Below are positions 9,653-19,689 of a DNA stretch of 55,939 nt, piece by piece (the stretch's first letter is position 1; the number at the start of each line of letters is the position of its first letter). The DNA lies in NCBI GenBank assembly GCA_964635995.1, contig CAZWRA010000002.1:1-55939 (forward strand). The letters are read 5' to 3'. Origin of the DNA: an uncultured Candidatus Saccharibacteria bacterium. Its GTDB lineage: Bacteria; Patescibacteriota; Dojkabacteria; J137. Made by a program: the position numbers and the translations under genes. The notes under the pieces were generated by a model, which did not search any database, had not been told where the DNA came from, and was given only the letters and a program-made list of their open reading frames with translations.

Positions 9653-12600
9653 ATGTCTAAATTGAGTCTTAATAAAAGAGTTGAAAAAGATGCTAAAAAA
9701 GCTCCAAAAGTTATTGTATTAATGTTTTGGGCTTTAGCATTTATTGCAGGTTTTAATATTATTGTTGATTTAACAAGTAACTCCGCTGAACCATTTGGAT
9801 TTTTTGGAAGAGTTTTAGCTCAAGTTACAAATAGACTAGCTCCAAATACGGGAGCAATTACAAGAATTTTACAAGGATATCAAAAGATTGAAGGACAGGC
9901 TCAAATAACTGATACCTACGATCGATGTTTAGTAGTAGATCCAAATTTAGGGGGATCAAGACAGGTCAAAAATATTGGCTCTAGAACAAATGCTGCTCTA
10001 GGGGAAAATTTAGGAGGAGCAAACACACCATTTGTTGTAGATTTTCCTGATTTTAGAACGACTCCTCAGTATATCCAGACGATGGATTATGCAGAGGAGA
10101 TGGGCATGAGTTATGTTCTGGGCCTTACAACTAAGACAACCTCAGCTGATCTAATGGCTCAATTTGTAAATGAAGCAACAGAAAGAGGTTTTGTTCCTGT
10201 AGTTAGGCTTTGCGTTGTAGGTGCTTGTGAGTTTGATCTTTCTAATGGCCCTGGACAAATAATTGATTACTATAGGGAATTGAGTAGATTAACTACTGGA
10301 GAATTTATTGCAATTTTAGGACCTAATGAGCCTGGTTCAGGAGAACCTTTAGAAATGGAAGGATTTGACTTAAGCTTGGATCAATACCCTCAGCTTGTTC
10401 AATATTCAATTGAAGCAGCGAATGCACTTAAAGGGCAAAGAGTTGTAAATGGCGGAAATATGTATTTAGCTCCAGCAGCTTTTAATGTTACAAATGCAAT
10501 TAATGATGATGCAAAATTATATTTTGAAAATGGGCTTGCTGATAATACTGATATTTTTGACGTATTGTTAATTAATACTTACGATTTATCTTCTGGAACC
10601 GCATATAGTTTTTATGAAAATACAGCCGGAGGATTTGGACTTAAAGCTGCGGTAGATCAATCTGAACTAGCTGTTGTAGTTACAGAGTTTGGATCATTTG
10701 TAGAACCTAATGGATCTAATTTTGATCAATTAAAGGTAAGTTTTGATGAATTTTGTCAGGATGAGAATGTAGAAGGAGTGTTATTTTTTCGTTCATTTCA
10801 AAGATTAGCTGGTTTATATGGTGGAGGAAATGATCCAAATGCAAAACCACCTGGATTGATTTCCGATGAAGTCTTAGAAGAGATGCTTTCAGGATGTTCT
10901 AAAGGTTCGTTAAGAGATTATGCCTGGGTCAATTGTAATTTCGATACATGTTTATATGGGGAAGCTTACGATCCAAAATCAACTGCTGAAGCATGCGGAG
11001 TTAGAAATCCAGAGCCTAGAACGGAATTAAATAGTGTAGCATTAGGAATTCAGTGTATTGAAAATAGATGTTATACAAGTTTTCAAAACTCTATACAGGT
11101 AATAATGCCTATTAAACAATTTGGAAGTAATTCTTGGACTGGAACCCCAAATTTTAATTATCCACCAATTTGTGCTGAGCTAGCTCATCTATATCCTAAT
11201 GATACTTACGATGCGTTAAATCAATTTGCTGGATTACTTTTGTCGGGAGGTGAGATTGTTCAGTCTCAAAATTCTTCACCTTCAAATAATGAATTACAAA
11301 CAGTTAATAAATCTATAGTGATTTTAGGAGACAGTCAAACAGCTCCAGGACCTGAAAGAGGTGAGTTTTTACCAAGTTCTAGCTTTACTGATGTAAATAG
11401 ATCTGCTGCTATAGCTGGTTCAAATGCAAATGATATGGCAGCTAACTTAGGAGTATTATCTAATCTTTCTAATGGAATTCCTGATGTAGTTTTAATTGGA
11501 TATGGAACAAACGATTGTGGTTTAAATGATCCTGAAGGTTTTAGATCCGACTTACAAACAATTATTAATTATTTTCCAAATAGTAAGATAATATTACTTT
11601 CTATTCCAAACATTACTAACAATACTTTAGGTATTTCTTGTCCAACAAATGTTTTAAATCAATATAATAATGTAATTACTTCCCTTCGAAATGATAATGT
11701 TTCAATTATAAATCTTGAATCTTTATATGGTTCCTCTTCAGCATACTTATATAGTGACAACTTACACATTGGAAACTATGATTTATTGAATGCTGAAATT
11801 TATAGAATCACTAACGGATCCGAGTCTAATACTAATACTTCAAACATTACATCACAAGTTTCAGGAGGACTTAGGTATCCTATGCCTTGGCTTGGAAGTG
11901 CATTAAATTGTTCAAGTGAATTAATTAAGCAAGTGCTTGAATACCAAGATGAGGATGGAAAAATTAACTATAGTCCAAGCCCTGGAAGTTTATATACTGA
12001 AACTAAAGCAGAAGTTGCATTCGAATTAGAAAATCAGTTTCTAAAAGATAAAGGAATTACTGTTGAAGGGGATATTTCTAATCGAGTTCTTGATAGCTTG
12101 GAAGATCCAGGTTATATTACCGATGAGAGAGCAATGTGTTTAGATGATGAGTGTATTGATAAATCGGATATTTATTCATCTCCAAATTATTATGGTGAAT
12201 ACATTCCAGCTAGATTGGCTCAAAATTATGAAGCTCCTGAAGCTTGTGCTGCTAGTGGTTTACTCATTAGAAATGAGCCTAATAACTATATTTACGGTCC
12301 AGAAATTTGGAATAGTGATAGAAGATCTTACTTTTTTGGAAGTGGAGCTGAAGTTTGTATAAATTATGCTAATAGAAAATCAGAGCTTAAAGATCCTAGA
12401 TATCTATTTGAAAAAGATGCAAAGGTTTATTGTTCAATAGCTAACAAGCAAATTAATCCAGCCTTTGTAGGTGCAGTTCCTCCGGAATGTACAACTGCTT
12501 CAGCAATTCAAGCTCTTCAAGGGCTTCAGCGATGTTTTGCACCTTACGACGATAACGCGCTATCACATAATGGAACTTGCGGACTTAGAAATGTAAACCT

Positions 12601-14863
12601 AGGTCTTATAGAAAAATGTTTAGTCAGAGAACCAACAAGCAGAGGAGATTTTTTTATTACACCAAACGCTTTTGATACTAATCTTCCAACTTTTGAAATT
12701 CCTGGTGTCTATGATTCAGTTTATGAAATGTATTCAAGAACTCAGGATGTAATGAGTAGAAGATATTTAAAGATTGTATTTAGGGAGAATCTTGGATGGA
12801 AAACCATTGTTGAGAATAAAATAAGAGACGCTAATAGACCTTTCGATATTGGAGAGCCTTACCTATTTAGCTTAAATCATAATAATTCTACTTGTTCATC
12901 CTCTGTTAGTTATGTAACAGGAGATGTACATTTAGGTAAAAATAATCCAATTCAGAGAAAAGAAATTTATTATGACTGGTTAGGTTATTTAGACATAATG
13001 CAGGAATGGATTATGGTTTATGCAAGGGATCAACATGGAACTGCTGAAGTTGTAATTCCTAATCCTCTTTATTTAGAAAATGAGGAAAACACATTAGTTA
13101 GAAATCCTGAGTTTGAAGATATTCAAATTCCTACTACTTTACAGAAAGACACTATAGTGTTGTCTGGAACAGCTAGCCAGAATACAAGATTCCCAATTTG
13201 GACTTGTGACGAGGTTGAGTTTAGAAAATTAGGAATAAAGTTTGATGAAAATAGAAACCCTATTAGAGTTGATCAATACGAAACATTCCCACAGGACTTT
13301 AATCCGACTTGTATTGATTGGTATAACTCGGAAAGTTATGAGGATGGACTAAAAGAGTTCTTATGTTCTAAAAATCCAAATGCTTACTCAAAGATTTGTG
13401 ATGTTGTACCTATTGATCCTGGAGATTTAGTTTGTAGAACTCCAGATGGTGACATAATAGAACCAGGTACATTTAGCGGAGGTGTAACTTGTCCTCTTTC
13501 TGGAGGAGCTTGTATTCAAGGAGCAGCTGGAGATGTTTCTCATGCTAGATCAGGATTAAATGCTGTTGATATTAAAAATTCTAATAATCAACTTATTGCA
13601 CCGTTTGATGGAAGAGTTACAGGAATAATTGGAAATTATTGTGCAAGAACTACTGAGTATAATGGAGGCGATGGAATTATTTATGAAGGGACTATTGAGG
13701 GGCAAGAATATTCGCTTCTGCTGTACCATTTAAATGTAGTTGATTCTGATGTTGTAGTTGGAAAGGAATATAAAACTGGCGAACCTATTGCACCTTTAGC
13801 TGATGATGGAAGAGGCGGCTCAGGTAGATCAACCCCAACTTTCGATATTCCATCTTATTCAAATGGGAGGTTTATATTTAGTGAACAAGGGCGAAGACCA
13901 AGTGGAATTTCTTCTACATCAAATAGAAGTATAACTAATGCGAATACACTTTCATGCGATGGATCAGGTTATACAAATAGCAGGCATGTACACTTAGAAG
14001 TATTAAGTAATAGAAGTTTAGATGTTCATGGCTTCTCTGTAGCACTTGGTTGTGATCCTGGATCGCATTACTCTTGTAGCCCTTCAGGAGCTCCAGTTGG
14101 GGAGTTCCCTCCAGGAACTGAACTAATTTGTGAATATGAAGGAGAGGAGGAGGAAATTCCACCTGGAAATGGGCCAGCCACAGGATGTAACGAGTTTAAT
14201 TGTGCAATGGGAGCTGGATGGTCAGACAATTTTGCAGGTTCCCTTGAATGCGCAAGTAATACATTGAGAAATAATATTTTTGGATTCGGTAGAAGACAGC
14301 ATAGTCTTGCCGAGTTATTAGATAGCTATGTACCATACTGCTATACTGTAACTGTTGCAGTTGGAAGAAATGGAAAGTCTACAATGTCTTTTCTTTCAAA
14401 CTTCTTTGGGCAGATTTATGATCCATATGCCTATGTAAAAAGAAAAGATGCAAGTGGAAATACTTGTTCAACTTCTATTCCTGATACTCCTAGAGAACAA
14501 GATATAGGCATGGCTTGCCCAGGTCTTCCTGAAAGAAAAGAAGGCACATTTACTGAGCCTTGGAACTATTATGTTGGACCGCTAGAAACTTGTAGCTTAA
14601 GTACCGAAGAAATGACTTGGGTTGGAAGTGTAGGATCAAGAAGTACAGAAGATGTGACCCAATATGTAATAGATAATATTAGTTATTTTGGAATCACAAT
14701 TGATGAAAATGAAGAGTTCGGTGTGCCTAGAGAGAAGGTTCAGCTTGTTATTGAAACTTCAAGAAATAAGGATATTAATCCATTCTTATTAATCGGTGTC
14801 TGGGCAACTGAGAGTGCTTTTGGAACATATTGGGATCCTAACCATACATGTAATGTTTATTAA
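9653..14863 (+). CDS. giant membrane-anchored, Cys-rich multidomain cell-envelope hydrolase (GH5-like + SGNH/GDSL + M23-like peptidase + C-terminal SLT-like motif)
   Basis: TM helix at residues ~19-40. Clan GH-A signature: NEP (10325-10333) and TEFG (10682-10693). SGNH blocks: GDS (11327-11335), GTND (11504-11515) and DNLH (11756-11767). M23-like: YHLN, GEPIAPL, HVHLEV (13985-14002). C-terminal WATESAFG (14801-14824). Confidence 0.75.
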   Translation: MSKLSLNKRVEKDAKKAPKVIVLMFWALAFIAGFNIIVDLTSNSAEPFGFFGRVLAQVTNRLAPNTGAITRILQGYQKIEGQAQITDTYDRCLVVDPNLGGSRQVKNIGSRTNAALGENLGGANTPFVVDFPDFRTTPQYIQTMDYAEEMGMSYVLGLTTKTTSADLMAQFVNEATERGFVPVVRLCVVGACEFDLSNGPGQIIDYYRELSRLTTGEFIAILGPNEPGSGEPLEMEGFDLSLDQYPQLVQYSIEAANALKGQRVVNGGNMYLAPAAFNVTNAINDDAKLYFENGLADNTDIFDVLLINTYDLSSGTAYSFYENTAGGFGLKAAVDQSELAVVVTEFGSFVEPNGSNFDQLKVSFDEFCQDENVEGVLFFRSFQRLAGLYGGGNDPNAKPPGLISDEVLEEMLSGCSKGSLRDYAWVNCNFDTCLYGEAYDPKSTAEACGVRNPEPRTELNSVALGIQCIENRCYTSFQNSIQVIMPIKQFGSNSWTGTPNFNYPPICAELAHLYPNDTYDALNQFAGLLLSGGEIVQSQNSSPSNNELQTVNKSIVILGDSQTAPGPERGEFLPSSSFTDVNRSAAIAGSNANDMAANLGVLSNLSNGIPDVVLIGYGTNDCGLNDPEGFRSDLQTIINYFPNSKIILLSIPNITNNTLGISCPTNVLNQYNNVITSLRNDNVSIINLESLYGSSSAYLYSDNLHIGNYDLLNAEIYRITNGSESNTNTSNITSQVSGGLRYPMPWLGSALNCSSELIKQVLEYQDEDGKINYSPSPGSLYTETKAEVAFELENQFLKDKGITVEGDISNRVLDSLEDPGYITDERAMCLDDECIDKSDIYSSPNYYGEYIPARLAQNYEAPEACAASGLLIRNEPNNYIYGPEIWNSDRRSYFFGSGAEVCINYANRKSELKDPRYLFEKDAKVYCSIANKQINPAFVGAVPPECTTASAIQALQGLQRCFAPYDDNALSHNGTCGLRNVNLGLIEKCLVREPTSRGDFFITPNAFDTNLPTFEIPGVYDSVYEMYSRTQDVMSRRYLKIVFRENLGWKTIVENKIRDANRPFDIGEPYLFSLNHNNSTCSSSVSYVTGDVHLGKNNPIQRKEIYYDWLGYLDIMQEWIMVYARDQHGTAEVVIPNPLYLENEENTLVRNPEFEDIQIPTTLQKDTIVLSGTASQNTRFPIWTCDEVEFRKLGIKFDENRNPIRVDQYETFPQDFNPTCIDWYNSESYEDGLKEFLCSKNPNAYSKICDVVPIDPGDLVCRTPDGDIIEPGTFSGGVTCPLSGGACIQGAAGDVSHARSGLNAVDIKNSNNQLIAPFDGRVTGIIGNYCARTTEYNGGDGIIYEGTIEGQEYSLLLYHLNVVDSDVVVGKEYKTGEPIAPLADDGRGGSGRSTPTFDIPSYSNGRFIFSEQGRRPSGISSTSNRSITNANTLSCDGSGYTNSRHVHLEVLSNRSLDVHGFSVALGCDPGSHYSCSPSGAPVGEFPPGTELICEYEGEEEEIPPGNGPATGCNEFNCAMGAGWSDNFAGSLECASNTLRNNIFGFGRRQHSLAELLDSYVPYCYTVTVAVGRNGKSTMSFLSNFFGQIYDPYAYVKRKDASGNTCSTSIPDTPREQDIGMACPGLPERKEGTFTEPWNYYVGPLETCSLSTEEMTWVGSVGSRSTEDVTQYVIDNISYFGITIDENEEFGVPREKVQLVIETSRNKDINPFLLIGVWATESAFGTYWDPNHTCNVY

Positions 14864-14865
14864 AT

Positions 14866-15300
14866 ATGAATGATTTAAGAAGTTTTATAAGAAATAACCC
14901 ATTTTTTGTTTTAGTTGTAGGGATAGTTATGGCAATCTCAGTAATGGTATTAATTACCTTAACAGTAACTAATGTTCCAGATCCTGATGAGTTACCTGAT
15001 CCAGATGATGGAATAACTGGAAGTTTAGATGGTGAATATGACAACTCACAAGTTACACAAGAAGGAGAACCCGAGGAAACAGAGGGAGTTGATTGGAATT
15101 TAGGCTATAAAGATTTCGGTGCATTAGAATTTGAGCTACCCGTAAATACAGAACACTACTCTATTTCTAAGCTTGGTGAAGAGAGATATTTAGTTGAAAT
15201 TAATTCAAACTTTCCTTATTCAGAACAGGCAGTAAGTATATATTTAAGACAATTTAATCTAACTCTTTCTGATTCGGAAATTGTTGTGGAATATATTTAA
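14866..15300 (+). CDS. membrane-anchored acidic protein (144 aa)
   Basis: One N-terminal TM helix (FFVLVVGIVMAISVMVLITL) followed by an acidic Pro/Asp linker. No family recognised. Confidence 0.5.
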   Translation: MNDLRSFIRNNPFFVLVVGIVMAISVMVLITLTVTNVPDPDELPDPDDGITGSLDGEYDNSQVTQEGEPEETEGVDWNLGYKDFGALEFELPVNTEHYSISKLGEERYLVEINSNFPYSEQAVSIYLRQFNLTLSDSEIVVEYI

Positions 15301-15743
15301 GCTAAATGTTGTCTGACAGTCTTAACCAAATCATCTGGCTCAGTGTCGATTTTAACTTTATAGTCAACAGCTCCTATATTCATAGCTTCTTCAACGGCAA
15401 GATCTCCTCCTAAGTTTGTAAGCATTATAACTTTTGGAGTTCCATATTTAACTTTATCTTCAATTAACTCTGTTAAAGTTTGAACACCGTCTTTATTAGG
15501 CATAACAATATCCAGAAGGATAAGGTCGAATTTTGTAGCTTCAGCTTTTGCAAGAGCATCTACTCCATCAACAGCTGTTGAAACCTCATAAGCAGGTTCA
15601 CTTGAAAGCATATCCAAGAACAGTTCACGAGCATCAGGCTCATCATCAACAACTAGAATCTTCTTAACATTGATAGAATTATTTGTCGCAGGTTGAGATA
15701 TTGCTGGGGTCTGAGTAGTTACTTTATCTTTATTATCGTCCAT
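15297..15743 (-). CDS. stand-alone response-regulator receiver domain protein (CheY-like)
   Basis: ILVVDDEPDARELF, DLILLDIVMPNKDG and KVIMLTN are canonical REC motifs. There is no output domain. Confidence 0.85.
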   Translation of the reverse strand: MDDNKDKVTTQTPAISQPATNNSINVKKILVVDDEPDARELFLDMLSSEPAYEVSTAVDGVDALAKAEATKFDLILLDIVMPNKDGVQTLTELIEDKVKYGTPKVIMLTNLGGDLAVEEAMNIGAVDYKVKIDTEPDDLVKTVRQHLA

Positions 15744-15936
15744 ATTTCTAGATTTAGATATATTGAATTATTATCTCTAATCGACTAATTGTCAAGAGAA
15801 ATATACAATAACTTTGAGTTGTGCCTTATATATTGGCTCCTGTGTTATTATATTCTGACACAAAAGCATGACATTTTATAATACTCTATTCTCAATTAGG
15901 CTTCTGGTATAATGATTTGATTATTATGTATTAAAA

Positions 15937-17397
15937 ATGTCAGTTAGAACTAGATTTGCTCCAAGTCCTACAGGTTATTTTCATATAGCGGCCCTTCAAA
16001 AAGTTTTATATTGTTACGCCTTAGCTAAGAAAAACAATGGACAATATATTGTAAGAATTGAAGATACAGATAGAAATAGATTTGTTGAAGGTACTGAAGA
16101 AGTGATTTTTGAAAGTCATAGATTAATGGGAATTGATATTGATGAATCTGTTCAAGATGGAGGTGATTTTGGACCATATAGACAATCTGATCGATTAGAT
16201 TTATACAAAAAGTATGCAAATGAACTAATAGAAAAAGGATTTGCTTACTATGCATTTGAAACAAAAGAAGAGCTTGATGAAATGAGAGAAGCACAGAAAG
16301 AAGCTGGACGTAGGCCTCACTACAACGGTCAATATAGAGAGTATCCTGTTGAAGAAGCAAAAAAAAGAATTGAAAACGGTGAAGAGTACGTAATTAGAAT
16401 AAAAGTTCCTCCTAATGAAGAAATTATAGTTGATGACTTAATTATGGGTAAACTTGTATTTAAAACTAATGACCTGGATGACTATATTCTAATGAAATCT
16501 GATGGTTATCCAACTTATCATTTAGCGGTAGTAGTTGATGATCATTTAATGGAGATTTCTCATATTTTCCGAGGAGTTGAATGGATTCCAACTACACCTG
16601 TTATTGCTTATCTTTATAAATTTTTTGGATGGGAGATGCCAGAGATTGGACATATTCCTAATATTTTAGATCCCAATGGAAAAGGTAAATTATCAAAACG
16701 AAATGGAAGTGTTGCTTTATTTGAATTCTTTGAAGCAGGTTATTTAAAGGAGGCAATCATTAACTACATAATTTTACTTGGATGGTCACCTTCAATAGAA
16801 CGAGTTCATGGTGAGAAAGAGAGAGAAATATTTTCATTAGAAGAGTTTGTAGATTTATTCGATACAAAAGATCTAAATAAAAGCAATCCTAAGTTTAATC
16901 GTGAAAAACTTTTATGGTTCAATAAAGAATATATAAAGAATATGAACTCTAAAGAGCTAACTGCAAGGTTTTTAGAGTGGAATGAAAAATATAAAAAGGT
17001 TGAAAACATTAAAAATGATAATGGTCTTGAACAGAAAATTGCTTTAGTAAAAGAGAGAACACAAACTCTTAATGAAATTCCTGATATGCTTAGTTTCTTT
17101 TATAATTCTCCATCAAATATTGATTGGAATATTAAACAACTTAAAAATGTTCAGGAAAAGATTGCTGAAATAAAGAAATCAATTTATGAACTTATTAGTT
17201 CATTTGAGAATGATTCAACTAAGTGGACACACGAAGAATGGGAAGCTGGAATGAGAGAGATTGGAGATAAGTTTGAAGTAAAACATGGAGATGTATTTAT
17301 GGTTTTAAGAGTAGGGATTGTAGGAACTCCTTTCTCTCCTCCACTCTTTGAAAGTCTACAGATTTTAGGTAAAGAAAAAGTTTTAGAAAGGCTGTAA
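15937..17397 (+). CDS. gltX: glutamate--tRNA ligase
   Basis: RTRFAPSPTGYFHI (HIGH region) and KLSKRNG (KMSKS region), with class I GluRS length and layout. Confidence 0.95.
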   Translation: MSVRTRFAPSPTGYFHIAALQKVLYCYALAKKNNGQYIVRIEDTDRNRFVEGTEEVIFESHRLMGIDIDESVQDGGDFGPYRQSDRLDLYKKYANELIEKGFAYYAFETKEELDEMREAQKEAGRRPHYNGQYREYPVEEAKKRIENGEEYVIRIKVPPNEEIIVDDLIMGKLVFKTNDLDDYILMKSDGYPTYHLAVVVDDHLMEISHIFRGVEWIPTTPVIAYLYKFFGWEMPEIGHIPNILDPNGKGKLSKRNGSVALFEFFEAGYLKEAIINYIILLGWSPSIERVHGEKEREIFSLEEFVDLFDTKDLNKSNPKFNREKLLWFNKEYIKNMNSKELTARFLEWNEKYKKVENIKNDNGLEQKIALVKERTQTLNEIPDMLSFFYNSPSNIDWNIKQLKNVQEKIAEIKKSIYELISSFENDSTKWTHEEWEAGMREIGDKFEVKHGDVFMVLRVGIVGTPFSPPLFESLQILGKEKVLERL

Positions 17398-17399
17398 AG

Positions 17400-18086
17400 C
17401 TAAAGACTGAAAAAAGTACCAACTAAAAATGCAACTATTGCTGCAGTTCCTCCAATAACTACCATTTCTAAAATTGATCTTAAAAGACCTGTGTCTACAA
17501 CTTTCCACTTTAATATCGCTAATAAGCAAAGTGCTATGACTACTCCTAATGAGGAATAAGTAAATGCAATACTTGTATTTTCAGACACTAATGTAAAAGG
17601 TATAAGTGGAATTGCTCCAAAAATAATAAAAGATATAAATGTTGCTAAGCCTGTATAAATTGGATTTACATTACTTGAATCTTCGATCTTATATTTATAT
17701 TGCATTAACCATTTTGCCCAATAAACCTTATTACTTTTGAAAATTGATATTTGATTTTTAATATCAGATGCACTCATATTAGTTTCATTTAGTAATTTCT
17801 TTGTATCATCTGCTTCTTCATCAATTTTATTTAATAACATTTCAAATTGATTTTTATAAATATCCCTTCCTGCTTTTATTGATAGAAAATTACCAAGTCC
17901 CATAGAGAATGCATCAGCAAATAAATTTGCTAATCCAAAAAGTAAAACTGTTAAAAATGAAAGTGTTATAACATTTCCGCTTCCTAGGCTTGCTCCACTA
18001 AATCCAGCAACAACAGCAAATGTAGTAATTATGCCATCAGTACCTCCATAGACAATTTCCTTTAAGTAATCTTTTAAAGCATTCAT
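17400..18086 (-). CDS. VIT1/CCC1-family iron/manganese transporter
   Basis: EIVYGGTDGIITTFAVVAGFSGA N-terminal motif, a cytoplasmic helical insert, and C-terminal TM helices, as in the VIT family. Confidence 0.8.
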   Translation of the reverse strand: MNALKDYLKEIVYGGTDGIITTFAVVAGFSGASLGSGNVITLSFLTVLLFGLANLFADAFSMGLGNFLSIKAGRDIYKNQFEMLLNKIDEEADDTKKLLNETNMSASDIKNQISIFKSNKVYWAKWLMQYKYKIEDSSNVNPIYTGLATFISFIIFGAIPLIPFTLVSENTSIAFTYSSLGVVIALCLLAILKWKVVDTGLLRSILEMVVIGGTAAIVAFLVGTFFSL

Positions 18087-18129
18087 AATTTGAATATATC
18101 AAAATTATTACTTTTAAAATACTTCTAAA

Positions 18130-18145
18130 TTACTTCTAGAAGTAA
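18130..18145. promoter_or_regulatory. 16-bp perfect palindrome TTACTTCTAGAAGTAA, candidate operator in the divergent intergenic region
   Basis: Perfect dyad. The half-site TACTTCTA recurs at 18120-18128 and 18217-18226, and AGTAAACTG recurs at 18141-18149 and 18238-18246. Confidence 0.3.
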
Positions 18146-18269
18146 ACTGGAACTAAATAAATCTGGTTGGCCATATTGGATAAGGGTTTCCAAGGGTATT
18201 AAAAAGAAAATATACTTTACTTCTAGTTACTTTTTAAAGTAAACTGCTTTTGGGCATAAAACTATTTTA

Positions 18270-19660
18270 ATGAATGAAAACTTCCTTAAAAAAATAATTT
18301 CTGAAGGAGAGACACAAGAAGTCGAATTTAAAGCTAATTGGCCATCGAATGACACTATAAGTAAGGTTATTTGTTCTTTAGCAAATACTGTTGGAGGATT
18401 TATGATTATTGGAGTGAATGATGATGGTGAAGTAACTGGGATTGAGAAAAATAGTATAGATAAAATTCAAAGAAGAATTAGTGAGTCGAATAAAGCTATT
18501 TCCCCAGTACCTTTTATTACAGTTGGTACTTCTAAAGTTTTTTAAAAAGATGTTGTTGTAGTTGAAGTTAAGAGAGCTCAAGATACAAGCTACTATACAT
18601 ACCAAGGAGCAATTTATGTTCGAATTGGAAGTACAAATCAACGTTTAGAAGGTAAAACACAACTTGATTACTTAAGACATAGACAAATTTTATCTTTTGA
18701 TGATTCATCAGTTGAAAATGGAAAACTTAGCGACATTGATTCTGAAAAGGTAAGACTTTATTTAGATGCAAGAGGTCAAAGCGATTACTTTGATATACAT
18801 ACACTTGAACATTTTCTAATCACAAATAAACTTGCTGAAAGGCTTGATAAAAATTAATTATAAAAAATGCTGCTATTTTGTTATTCGGCAAAGATCCATC
18901 TTTCTATCATCCTCAATCAGAAGCAAAACTAGTTCAATTTGAAGGTGAGGATGCTGTAGATATTTTAGATTATAAGATTTTAAGAACTGATGTAATTAAT
19001 ACTATAGAAAGCATTATGAGCTTTTTACTTAGTAAGATTTCTAAACGAGTAGTTATAGAAGACTCGGCTAGAAGAAATGAAGAATATGAATATCCTCTTG
19101 CTGTTATAAGAGAAAGTATTGTTAATGCAGTAATACATAGAGATTATTTTAGTAAAGACTCAATACAAATTTCTCTTTTTAAAAACAGATTAGAAATTAC
19201 AAGTCCAGGATCTCTACCAAGTGAGTTATCCAAAGAACTTTTCGGAACAATATCAGTCCAGAGAAATCCTACAATGTATCGATTTTTAAGAGATTTAAGA
19301 TATGTCGAAGGATTAGGAACAGGTATACCTAGAATTAGAAGTGAAATGAGAAAGGCTGGACTTACTGAACCAGAATTCTTGATTACAGATAGTTTTATGA
19401 GAGTAATTCTTCACAATACACTAGCTCAGAGAAACTCTATGATTTATGTAGATTTAGATGATGGATTAAATTCTAGGCAGAAAAAAGCATTAAAGTTTTT
19501 AGAATCAAAAGGAAAATTAAAAGCAAGAAAATATGCTGACACGAATAAAGTTTCTTACGCAACTGCAGTAAATGAAATAAATGTGCTTATTAATTTAGGA
19601 TTAATAAAAAAAGTAGGAGCTTACAGGGGGGCTTTTTATGTTCTTTCTGAAAATAGATAG
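18270..19660 (+). pseudogene. AlbA_2 (Schlafen-like) / HATPase_c_4 / wHTH putative DNA-binding ATPase, disrupted by an in-frame TAA and a -1 frameshift
   Basis: The three pieces are collinear. Piece 1 (18270-18542) is followed by an in-frame TAA at 18543-18545. Translation then continues KDVVVVEVKRAQDTSYYTYQGAIYVRIGSTNQRLEG. At the A5 run 18849-18853, one extra A would join LDKKLIIKNAAILLFGKDP to the 18878-19660 ORF (NAVIHRDY motif). Confidence 0.75.
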
Positions 19661-19689
19661 TATAATCCACTTATAGTTACTTCAATAAA

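Noticed and set aside
13541-13570. Canonical M23 HxxxD metal-binding motif in the giant protein
   Set aside because: Only H-x8-D (or N-A-V-D) is present at the expected place. The domain is therefore called M23-like on the basis of the HxH and surrounding blocks, and catalytic competence is not assumed.
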